A program made the translations under genes and the position numbers. From Scyliorhinus canicula (taxonomy: Eukaryota), in contig NC_052158.1 in assembly GCF_902713615.1 (NCBI RefSeq), positions 30,483,990 through 30,547,989 on the forward strand: a stretch of 64,000 bases of DNA, given 5' to 3'. Position 1 is the first letter of the stretch. Each line of letters begins with the position of its first letter. Shown in pieces: positions 1-12,100 of the stretch. The notes beneath the pieces are model-generated. The model was not told the DNA's origin and made no database searches. It saw only the letters and a program-made list of their open reading frames with translations.

Positions 1-31
1 TTGGTTGCATGAAGAGAAAGTAATGACTCAC

Positions 32-126
32 TCTGAATCGTCGCGTTCCACAATTACCAGAGAAGACGATTGCTTTAAAAGATCCAACTTTATCGTCGCG
101 TACTGTACATACTCTATTGCAGTAGT
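32..126 (-). CDS. Cytoplasmic exon 8 with ITIM-consensus VQYATI, 95 nt
   Basis: Acceptor CTTCCTGTTTTTACAG, donor AGA|GTGAGT; reads TTAIEYVQYATIKLDLLKQSSSLVIVERDDS; matches (S/I/V/L)xYxx(I/V/L). Confidence 0.75.
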
Positions 127-3100
127 CTGTAAAAACAGGAAGATTAGATTAGTCTAGATTGGCATGGTGCATCTTCAGGAACCTCGCGTTCATCAGTTGA
201 TGTTTCTGCAAAAGATCAGCTATTCTATCTCTTTAAACTGGGATTAAGTACCACAGAACATAGAATCATAGAATTGCTACAGTGTAGAAGGAGGCTATTC
301 AACCCATCACGTCTGTACTGACCCTCTGAAAGAGCACCCTACCTAGGCCCCATTCCCCCTCCCTATCCCCATAAACCTACCGAACCAGCACATGTTTGGA
401 CACAGGGGCAATTGAGCATGACCAATACACCGAGCCCACACATCTTTGGTGTGAGACTTTGGAGAAAATAAATAAGCAGACTATGCAATCAAACTCTGAA
501 GCATAGGTGAACTCAAACACGGTCCGGATGTATGTTTGCAGAGACCTTGGGGGGGGGGGGGGGGTTCATAACCAATAAACATTTGGTCTTCTTCCATCTT
601 GTACTCCTTTACAATTCTTAACATCTCGTAGTCGTAAAAGTGAAATGTATAATTCCTATCGATCGACATAGATAATTGTTAAAGATACCAATCTATTAAA
701 TCTATCCATGCTGCAGTTACCAAATTGTGTTCTGTTCCAGTTGCTACTGTAGAAAGCATGATATGGAATTTGGGGAATGAAATGTATCTCTTCGGTCTTC
801 TATAACCTGAGACTTCGAAACAATTGCACTTCATTTATATTGCTGCTTACCTCATTCTGTGAATTGTGTAGAGAACTTTGGGAATCTACAAGTACAAATG
901 TAATGGAGCGAAATGTCAGTGAAGTGAAATTCAATAAGGTGCAGCATAATATTCAAAGCGATTGATTGATGTTTGATGAGTGACGCTCAGACATATCGAT
1001 ATGTAGAAAAATAACTAATTTATTTGAGGGATAGCACAGGTATTCAATCGCAGATCAGATTCGAGAGGTTGAATGGTAGTTTCTGTTTCTATCACGTCTG
1101 GTCATGTTTCGCAGTGTCTCCGAGGTTCTTCTCATAGAGCTGATTACTTTGAGTGCATGATGAGCATGAATGTTAACAAACCAACACGGTTCCAGAAACA
1201 GCAAACAGCAATCAGCTAAATGACGAATAGATCATTTGTTTGTATATTTGTGTCTGTCGGTGTGTTTCAATAAACAGTATTAGAAAGTATACTGACATAA
1301 CGTCTTGCTGATTTGTCAAGGAGCTAACTCTAACCTGGACAAGCCGGTATGGCGAGGAAATCTGGCAATGCTGTGCTCCACCCCTGCTACAGGAAGGCGC
1401 CATCATCTATTAAACTCTTGAAGTTAAACTTTGATCTATTTTGCTCCGGAAGCAAGCGCATCAACAATTGAATCGAAGTAACACAAGACAGGGCGACTAG
1501 GGGATTTTCACAGTAACTTAATTGCACTGTTAATGTCAACCTACTTCTGACAGTAATATATTATTATTATTGACTACTATTATTGAGAGACACTTATTTG
1601 TGCAAAGTCCAACTGACATTCATTTGAAACTAATAATAGCTGGATTACTTCATGAAAGCTAATGGGTAAAACAGCAAGCGCAGTCCTTTCATACCAACTA
1701 AATTAGCGATCACCAATGACCAAGCTGCATTGATAAAATCGTCACAAGTTTCTGGAATCAGCATTAATTAAAACTTGCACATATAGACAGATAGGTTTTA
1801 TAACTGTAGATAGATGTTGTGCTCGCTCTCGTGAAGGACTCTTCCGTTACTTGCGCGAGGTCCAATGTAGCATGGGCGCAAAAAGAGCTCCAGAAAAGAT
1901 CTCCCGTGTAAAATTTCCATTTCCCGGAACTGATATCTCATCACAGGACAATGATCCGATAGCGCAGTCGATTCTGCTTAATTTCCTGCGGGGAGAGCAG
2001 GTACACGAGAAATTGAACTAAGGTCCCTTCAAACTAAATTCACATGTGGACCCCTCACTGGGGAGGATTTAGTCTTATCTGCCTGGGGCCGACTGAAATC
2101 AAGACCCCACAAGTGGCATCATAAGTCCTCTTCTAGGCTCACTCAGAACAGCTGTGCTTTACTGTTTGCCGTGCCTCAACGAGCGGTGTTCTCTCGTCAC
2201 CCAGTCAGAACGTCATGGCGCCGAACCTCACTTCAGCTTGAAATGGAGACCGACACAATACTCAAATGCTGCGAGAGTGCTGCTCTGCTAAAGATGTGTA
2301 TTTCAGTTGGGATGCCATTTACAAAGAACCCGTGGCTATATTGGAAGAGGAAAATCAGAGTTCTCAACTAAAATCACTAAATCGCATCACGGATTGTTTT
2401 TCGAGGGGCCCTGCTATGCACAAACTGGTGTTGCTGACACCACTGCACCAGATCTTCGTCGGCTATAAAGCACTCCATGGCCTCCTGTGGTTATGTGAGG
2501 CGCTAGATTAATGCATTTTATCGTGCTGGAGCATAAGTTTGCAACACCGTGGTACTTGAGAACCTATAAAGGATAGATATTTCCAAAAGATCTCCCACCA
2601 GCTGATAGGACGTAGAAAGTTCAGCATACAACATGCATACTTATAATACTTCTAATGAACACAATATGTCATAGCCATGTCAAACATCGAAATTAATTCG
2701 TATTGAGTTACTTACCCATCAGGTTACCCATCGAATTGCTGAATGTCTTTAGGCTGGGGGGAGGAATAAAATAACGTGTTAGGAAATGAGAAGGAAAAGC
2801 AATCATTTGTTTTTCTACATTTTTCTTATACATTAGTGTGGACAGTCAGGTAACTGCGTCAAGGAATCTGCACCCACTTTCGAGGACTAATCAGTACGAC
2901 CACCCCCTCCCCCCCCCCCTTCCTCCCCCATCACAAGGACCAGAGAGCACTCCCAGAAAATGTTTGAGAAGCCAATACTAGAGGAATCCTTTATAGACGA
3001 ATAGAACAGTACAGCACAGAACAGGCCCTTCGGCCCTCGATGTTGTGCCGAGCCATGATCACCCTACTCAAACCCACGTATCCACCCTATACCCTTAACC

Positions 3101-6100
3101 TTACTTTTTAGGACACTACGGGCAATTTACCATGACCAATCCACCTAACCCGCACATCTTTGGACTGTGGGAGGAAACCGGAGCACCCGGAGGAAACCCA
3201 CGCACACACGGGGAGGATGTGCAGACTCCACACAGACAGTGACCCAGCCAGGAACTGAACCTGGGACCCTGGAGCTGTGAAGCATTGACGCTAACCACCA
3301 TGCTACCGTGCTGCCCTTTCACCAACTACTCGAGATGTAGCGACCCTGTCTCGATATGATATGGAGATGCTGGCGTTGGACTGGAGTGAGCACAGTAAGA
3401 AGTCTTACAATTCCAGGTTAAAGTCCAACATGTTTGTTTCAAACACTAGCTTTTGGAGCACTGCTCCTTCCTCAGGTGAATGGAGAGGTCTAGATAATCA
3501 AGGCATCATGCCCATGCTTGCCCAATAACACCACCCTTCATGGTGAACATTGACAAACAATGATAATCAAACAATGAGCATAAGATAACCATACCAATGA
3601 TTGCAATTATACGAGCTGACAACACTGGGAGAAATGTTAATTTTGCTTGCTGGTGGGAGACCAAGAACAGGATCAGAGGGAAGAAAATAAAAATACCCGG
3701 GATGCTGGAAATCTGGAAATTAAGTGCTGGAAAAACTTAGCTGATCTGGCAACATGTGTGAAGAGGAAAATAGAGTTCATATTTCAAATCCGAATGGCTC
3801 TTATGTGAAGCTACGATCAGAGGGAACATCAGTTTTTGCCCCACCGAATATTATACCCTGATGGAGCCAAATTAGTTGGTTCTCAAAGCTTTCTTGGTAA
3901 CCACTCCCCTCAGCATCTGGAAGGGGAGGTCATTTGTCGATTTTGTTTTTGCAAGATCAAGGGTAATACAAGGCATGACGCATAATTGGCATTCTACCAG
4001 ATCACTCGTGGTTCCCGCCTTGGCTTAAACCAAGCTCCCGCTTTTTCAATCTGTGCCACAGCACTGCAAAAGCCAGGAGTCGGTGTCACGGTGGTATTAC
4101 CCCTGTGCTGACACGGGGGTTATGCTGCAGCTATGCAAAACTTGGTTTGACCCCACTTGGAATACTGCGAGCATTTCTGGGCACCACACCTTAGGAAGGG
4201 TATTTTGGCCTTTGTTGAAGTGCAACGTAAGTTTTAAAAAATGATACCTGGACGACAGTGGTTAAGATATGAGGCGAGATTACTCAAATTAGGCTTGTTT
4301 TCGCTTAATTTAGAAGGTTCAGGCATGATCTGATCGAAGTATTCAAGATATTAACAGGGAAAGAGAGGGTAAATGAAGATAAATTATTTCCACTGGTTGA
4401 AGATTTCAAAACTAGGGGCCATAGTCTGCAAATTAAGGCTTGACCATTCAGGGGAGATGTTAGGAAGCACTTCTTCACCCAAAGGATGGTAAATGTTTGG
4501 ACCTCTCTCCCATAACCCGTAGTTGAAGCTAGAACAGCTATATAGAATATAGAACATACAGTGCAGAAGGAGGCCATTCGGCCCATCAAGTCCGCACCGA
4601 CACATTTAAGCCCTCACTTCCACCCTATCCCCGCAATCCAATAACCCCCCCTTAACTTTTTTGGTCACTAAGGGCAATTTATCATAGCCAATCCACCTAA
4701 CCTGCACATCTTTGGACTGTGGGAGGAAACCGGAGCACCCAGAGGAAACCCACGCAAACACGGGGAGAACGTGCAGACTCCGCACAGACAGTGACCCAGC
4801 AGGGAATCGGAGCAGAATAGGTCAGAGATAAGATTAATCGGACTAATGAACCCCACAGCTATCACTTGTTCTTATATGTTGCTCCCACAGGGCAGAATTA
4901 CCGAAATACATGATTGCTGCAGAAGGCAGAGGACCCACCGTGTCTGCACTTGCACTTGCTCTCCAAATAACCATCATGACTTAAAACCATTCCCTTGCAT
5001 TTTTGTTCAACTAATCATCTCATGCCCTCTTGAGTGCCTCGATTGGATCTACCTCCACCACACTTCCAGTCAGGCAGTGCATCTCAGAACCGCACCACCC
5101 ACTGTCTGACAATTTTTTCTCACATCGTTTTTGCTTTTTCTCCAAATCACTTTCAAACTGTGCCCTTTCGTGCTTTTTCCCCCCAATCCCCTCTCTCTAA
5201 ACTCTGCCCCCCCCCCACCCCCATTACTTTTTAGCACTATCAAATCTCATCTTAGCCTTCTCTCCAAGGAGAACATCCTAACCTCTCCAATCTATCCTCA
5301 TCAGTGAAGTTTCTTATCTCCGGAACCATTCTCGCAAACCTTTTCTTTGCTCTCTCCAATACGTTCATATTCTGCCTATAGTGGGGAGCCCAGAACTGTA
5401 CACAACATTCCAGCTGACTTCATACACACCCATAATAATACAGAGATTGCAGTGTAACTAATTTCTGCTGACCACAAAATGCACCCCACAGCCATTTCTA
5501 GGAAACTAATACCTATAGGCTAATTGTAAACGTTAATGTTTGCGCCATGTAATTTACCTTTCCATTGGTGTATAGATCGGCTGTTCTTCTTGGTTTGTAT
5601 CCTTCAACACAAATTAAACTGAATTAGTGATTTATTGCATTGACGTGAAATATAATCACGCACAAAGTGAAACATTCTTCCGGGCCATGCACTGAGAATC
5701 ATGCCCTGAATTTTTCATAAGATAAAATATTTATCCAAGGAAATCAACATGTATATAGATCAAGAAATTCTAATTACATTAAAGGAGTACTTCCTCTATG
5801 ATCTACCACGCATATATATAATATGTATCATACTCACAGACACACACTCTCAGACACAGATACACACTCACAGACACAGACACACTCTCAGAGACACACA
5901 CACTCTGACAGACACACACACTTGCAGTATTGTATCAAAGTATTGCAAGCTTTCTTCAAATTGTTAAAAATGATAACAGCACTGAAACTGTGTTGGATGG
6001 ATGAGTGTTTCGAATGCAGGCACCGAACCTAATTTGAATAACATGTAACAACTTAGTCTCACTATCTTTAACATGACACTAGGAGCCATTGAAATCAATG

Positions 6101-9100
6101 AAATATTCTTATGATGTTCAGCATGTTGCCAACGCAGAGTGAGAAACCCCCTTTTGCCCCTGTGTTCACCAAATCACCAACACATTGGGACCAAATGAGT
6201 CTTCCCACTATACTAACATCACCGACAGTAAAAGGACATTGTGCGTAATTTTATTAAAGGTATAGAACATACAGTGCAGATTTATATAGTATACATATAT
6301 CATGATATGATAATGCTTTTGCACAGTATTTTTCATACTGTTAAAAGCTCACTTACTTCTAAATACACCAGCTCTAATTATTTCTGCTATCTTTGAGGAC
6401 CTAGGCAGTAAGTACTCCATGTTTAAGCCAGTGCCAAGAATATGGACGAGAACATCAACAGCAGACCCTACGAGAGCGGGTTGTATTTGACAGCTAGACA
6501 CCAAGCATTGATGGCAGGTTTACCTCAAATAGAACTGTTATTCTTGGCAGAATATTGGCTCATTACACATCCCATCGCTAATCTGACATAGACAGATTAT
6601 TAATCAGTGTGGGAATCTATACTTACGGGGATGAGGTGGGAAAGAGGATTATCACATCAGATAAGTCACCATCTCACTCAATGACCGAACAGATGCGTAA
6701 TGGGCCGAATTCTGAAACAGGACCATCAACCCATCGAGTCTGCACTGACCCTCTGAAAGAGCATCCTACTACAACTCCCCTGTCTTAACCCCATAACCGC
6801 ATCTAACCCGCACATCTTGGACTGTTGGAGGGAACCGGAGCACCTGGAGGAAACCCAGGCAGATACGGGGAGGAAGTGCAAACTCCACACAGACAGTGAG
6901 CCAAGGTTGGAATCGAATCCTGGTTCCTGACATCATGAGGCAGGAGTGCTAACTACTATGCCGCCATGCCTCCCTCACCTTATGGTCCTTGTTCAGTGTG
7001 CCATGATAGGACAGTGGTTAGCGCTGTTGCTTTACAGAACCAGGACCCGGGTTCAATGCCTGCTTGGGTCACTGCCTGTGCGGAGTCTGCAAGTTTTCCC
7101 ATTTCTGGTTGGGTTTCCTCCGGGTGCGCCGGTTTCCTCCCATAAGTCCCGAAAGACATGCTGTTAGGTGAGTTGAGTATTCTGGATTCTCCCTCTGTAC
7201 CTGAACAGGAGCCGGGATAGGGTGATTAGCGGATTTTCACAGTAACTTCATTGCAGTATTAATGTAAGCCTACTTGTAACATTAATAAAAATAATTATTA
7301 TGTATTCATTCTCAGCAATAGCCCAGTTATTTTTATGACCTAATATGTGATTTAATAAAGGGGCACTTGGGGAATTACTGTTCCAAACCTTCGCGGGGAA
7401 TTTGGATTTCAAGTGATAAGATTTGTTTTTTTTGTTACGTTACTTACGAGGCCTTGCAGGGGTGTCATTATATTATCTGCAAAACAAATGATAAATATGA
7501 AACAATTGGGTATACGCCCTGGCACTGCACATGGCGAGTATGAGGTTACACTGTCTTTAATAATGGCAATCTATGATAGGAAAAACATTGTAAGTATGAG
7601 TATTGTTTGCAGGGAGTGTTTGCTATATATAAGATGTCTCATAAATATATCCATTAGACTGTTTAGCCATTCCAGTTTTGCTTAGTTTGTAATCCTGAAT
7701 GGTGGAAGTTGTGGATTACAAGCTGCAGAACCTGAGAACAGAAGCTCTTCCTGCCATTGTTATCCAATACTGAGAGAGTGCTGCATTGTCAGAGGTTCCT
7801 CATTCAGTGAGATGTCAAAGAGAAAAACTGTCTGCCTGTTCTCATGGACAAAGGATCCCATTACACCATTCAAACAAAGCAGGATGTTCTTGCTCGGTGC
7901 TGTTTGACAACCTTCCTGTAAGCAAACCCGGTGAGAACCAATGTAATGCCTAATGGTCTCAGTTGCTTCTTGTTGGACCTTGTGTGTAAAAATTATTTAA
8001 TTGGTCACCCAGTGCTTTGGGGGATAGTTGGGCGATATAACTACAGCCTATTTCTTATAGATGCAAGAGAAGAAGGTGTAATTGCATATTGTGCATTTTA
8101 AGGTATACTTCCAGCAGATAGTGGCCAGGAGTTTTAGCATGGCAGGGATCGCCATCCTACCATCTGAGAAAACTCCACGGGAATGTGCTGCCGGTCCTGC
8201 AGCCATATCAAGCTCCGATAGATGGATGCAGGCGGGACTTCCCCCGCTCACCTGGGCGGATGTCCCGATTTAGAGAGCTGCCAGCCAATCTCCACACCCT
8301 AGAGCGCCAAAGGCTGCAGTGGTCAGGACTGGGAGTGCACTCTGTTCCCAAAGCCGAAGTCCCAGGATTTCAGGGAAAGGTGCATTTGTGGATCTCATGG
8401 AAAGAAGGGTAGGGATGGCCTGGGAGTCATCAATTTTTTATAAATACTTTTGCGGAATATCGGCGTCGCTGGTTAGGCCAGCATTTATTGCCATTCCCTA
8501 GTGGCCCTTCAGAAGGTGGTGGTGAGTTGCCTTCTTGAAGCACCGGAGTCCTGGAGGTGTAGGTACACCCACTGTGCTGTTAGGGAAGGAGTTCAAGGGT
8601 GTTGCCCCAATGTCAGTGAAGGAGCGGCGATATATTTCCAAGTCAGGGTGGTTAGTGACTTGGAAGGGAAGGTCCAGGTGGTGGGATGCATTATCATCTG
8701 CTGTCTTGTCCTGAATGGATTTGAATTTGCATTTGCTTATTATCATGTGCATTGAGGTGCAGTGAAAGTACTGATCTGCGAACAGCTCAAACACATCATT
8801 TAGTACACGAAAAGAAAAGAAAATAGTGGGTTTGGAAGGTGCTGTTTAAGGAGCCTTGGTGAGCTACTGCAGTGCATCTTGTAGATGGTACACACAAATG
8901 CCACTGTCGGTGGTGGAGGGATTGGATGTTGTGGAAGGGGACGCAATCAAGTAAGCTCCTTTGTCCTGGATGGTGTAGAGATTCTTGAGTGTTGTTGGAG
9001 CTGCACTCATCCAGGCAAGTGGAGAGTATTCCATTATACTCTTGACTTGTGCGTTGTAGATGGTGGACAGGCTTGGGGGTCACAGGTGGCGAGTTACTCG

Positions 9101-12100
9101 CAGTAGGATTCCTAATCTTTGACCTGCCCTGGTAGCCACAATATTAATATGGCTAGTCCAGTTCAGTTTCTGATCAATGATAACCCCCAATATGTTGCTT
9201 GTGGGGGATTCCGTGATCTTAATGGGGGGATTCAGTGATCGGAGGTGAGGAAATAGCTGGGGAACTGAACAGGTTTTTTGGGTCGGACTTCACAGTGGAA
9301 GACACAAATAACATGCCAGTGACTGATAGAAATGAGGCTATGACAGGTGAGGGCCTTGAGATGATTGCTATCACTAAGGAGGTAGTGATGGGCAAGCTAA
9401 TGGGGCTAAAGGTTGACAAGTCTCCTGGCCTTGACGGAATTCAGCCCAGAGTGCTAAAAGAGATGGCTAGGGAAATTGCAAATGCACTAGTGATAATTTA
9501 CCAAAATTCACTAGACTCTGGGGTCGTCCTGTCAGATTGGAAATTGGCAAACCTGACACCACTATTTGAAAGAGGTGGGCAGAAAGCGGGTAATTATAGG
9601 CCAGTGCGCTTAACTTCAGTAGTAGGGAAGATGCTGGAATCTATCATCAAGGAAGAAATAGCAAGGCATCTGCATGGAAATTGTCCCATTGGGCAGACGC
9701 AGCATGGGTTCATAAAGGCAGGTCGTGCCTAACTAATTTAGTGGAATTTTGTGAGGGCAATTACCAGTGCAGTAGATAATGGGGAGCCAAATGATGTGGT
9801 ATATCTGGATTTCCACAAAGACGTTGACAAGGTGCCACACAAAAGGTTGCTGCATAAGATAAAGTTGCATGGCATTAAGGGTGAAGTAGTTGTATGGATA
9901 GAGGATTGGTTAATTAATAGTAAGCAAAGAGTGGGGATTAATGGGTGTTTCTGTGGGCAATCAGTAGCTAGTGGTGTCCCTCAGGGATCAGTGTTGGGCC
10001 CACAATTGTTCATAATTTACATTGATGATTTGGAGTTGAGGACCAAGTGCAATGTTTCAAGATGACACTAAGATGAGCGGTAAAGCAAAAAGTGCAGAGG
10101 ATACCGGAAGTCTGCAGAGGGGTTTGGATCAGTTAAGTGAATGGGCTAGGGTCTGGCAGATGGGATATAATGTTGACAAATGTGAGGTTATCCATTTTGG
10201 TAGGAATAACAGCAAAAGGGATTATCATTTAAATGATAAAATATTAAAACATGCTGCTGTGCAGAGACCTGGGCGTGCTAGTGCCTGTGTCGTAAAAAGT
10301 TGGTTTACAGGTACAACAGGTGATTAAGAAGGCAAATTGAATTGTGTCCTTCATTGCTAGAGGGATGGAGTTTAAGACTAGGGAGATTATGCTGCAATTG
10401 TATAAGGTGTTAGTGAGGCCGCACCTGGAGTGTTGTGTTCAGTTTTGGTCTCCTTACCTGAGAAAGGACGTACTGGCGCTGGAGGGTGTGCAGAAGAGAT
10501 TCACTAGGTTAAGATTCACCCCAGGTCTGAAGGGGTTGGATTACGAGGAGAGGTTGAGTAGACTGGGACTGTACAGGTTGGAATTTAGAAGGATGAGGGG
10601 GGATCTTATAGAAGCATATAAAATTATGAAGGGAATAGATAGGATAGATGTGGGCAGGTTGTTTCCACTGGCGGGTGAAAGCAGAACTAGGGGGCATAGC
10701 CTGAAAATAAGGGGAAGTAGATTTAGAACTGAGTTTAGGAGGAACGTCTTCACCCAAAGGGTTGTGAATCTATGGAATTCCTTGCCCAGTGAAGCAGTTG
10801 AGGCTCCTTCATTACATGTTTTTAAGATATAGATAGTTTTTTGAAGAATAATGGGATTAAGAGTTATGTTGTTCGGGCCAGAAAGTGGAGCTGAGTCCAC
10901 AAAAGATGAGCCATGATCTCAAATGGGATGGCGGAGCAGGCTCGAGGGGCCAGATGGCTTACTCCTGCTCCTAGTTCTTATGCTCTTATGTAATGCCATT
11001 GAATATCAAGGGGTGGTGGTTAGATCCTCGCTTTTCCACATTATCGTGTAGAAGCTAGTGCTGTAGCTGTACTGGAACAGCTTGACTAGGGGTGCGCAAA
11101 TTCTGGAGAACAAGCCTTCAGTACTATTGCCGGAATATTGTCAGCGCCCATAGCCTTTGCAGTATCCAGTGCCTTCAGCCATTTCTTACTATCATGTGGA
11201 GTGAATCATATCGGCTGAAGAGTGGCATCTGTGATGCCAGGGACCTCCGGAGCAGACCGAGATAGATCATCCACTCGGCACTTCTCGCTGAAGATTATTG
11301 CGAATGCCTCAGCCTTGTATTTTGCTCAAATATGCTGGGCACCTTCGCCATAAAGAATGGGAATATTTGTGGAGCCTCTTCCTGCAGTGAGGTTTAATTG
11401 TTCACAACCATTCACGGCTGGATGTGGCAGGACTGCAGAGTTTATATCTGATGCATTCATTGTAAAATTCTTAGATTTGTCTATTATGTGCTGCTAATGC
11501 TGTTTGGCACAGATGGAGTCCTGTGCTGTAGCTTCACCATGTTGACACCTAATTTTTCAGTATGTCTGATGTTGCTCTTGGCATGCTTTCCTGCGCTTTT
11601 CATTGAACAAGGATTGATCCCCTGGCTTGGTGGTAATGGTAGAGTGTGACACATGCCAGGCCATGAGATTGCAGATTATGCAGAATACAATTTTGCTGCT
11701 GCTGATGGCCCACAGCACACTCAATATGCCCAGTCATCAGTGATTGGGGTGTGGGCAGAGAGACTGGAGCGGGGAAGCCCAGCAGTTACTGGGTCATAAG
11801 AGGAAGGTGCCCAAATTTAAAAGGGACTTCTGATAGAGGTGGCCCCCTTTCCATGCGAGGCCGAAACCCAATTATTTTCAGGCTTCTCCCATGCCCAGCA
11901 ACTCCTCGTGCCAGCCTAAAATTGAGGCTCTGTAGGAAACGGCTCTCAAGTTGTCAATAATTGGCCAGTTAAGGGCCTTAATTGTGGGTAAGGCATGCTT
12001 TGCCTGCCCCAGTGTTTAATTACTGTCATTTGGGACAGGTGGGAATCCAACAGGAAGCTCATCCATGCAATTTCATGCTCACCTCCCCCTCCGACCATCA

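Noticed and set aside
481-669. ORF with a polyproline run
   Set aside because: The prolines come from a G/C homopolymer; it is intronic with no supporting splice sites.
6357-6400. Candidate exon with a strong GTAAGT donor (SSKIAEIIRAGVFR)
   Set aside because: Its only open frame is phase 2 to 1, while its neighbours need phase 0 to 0.
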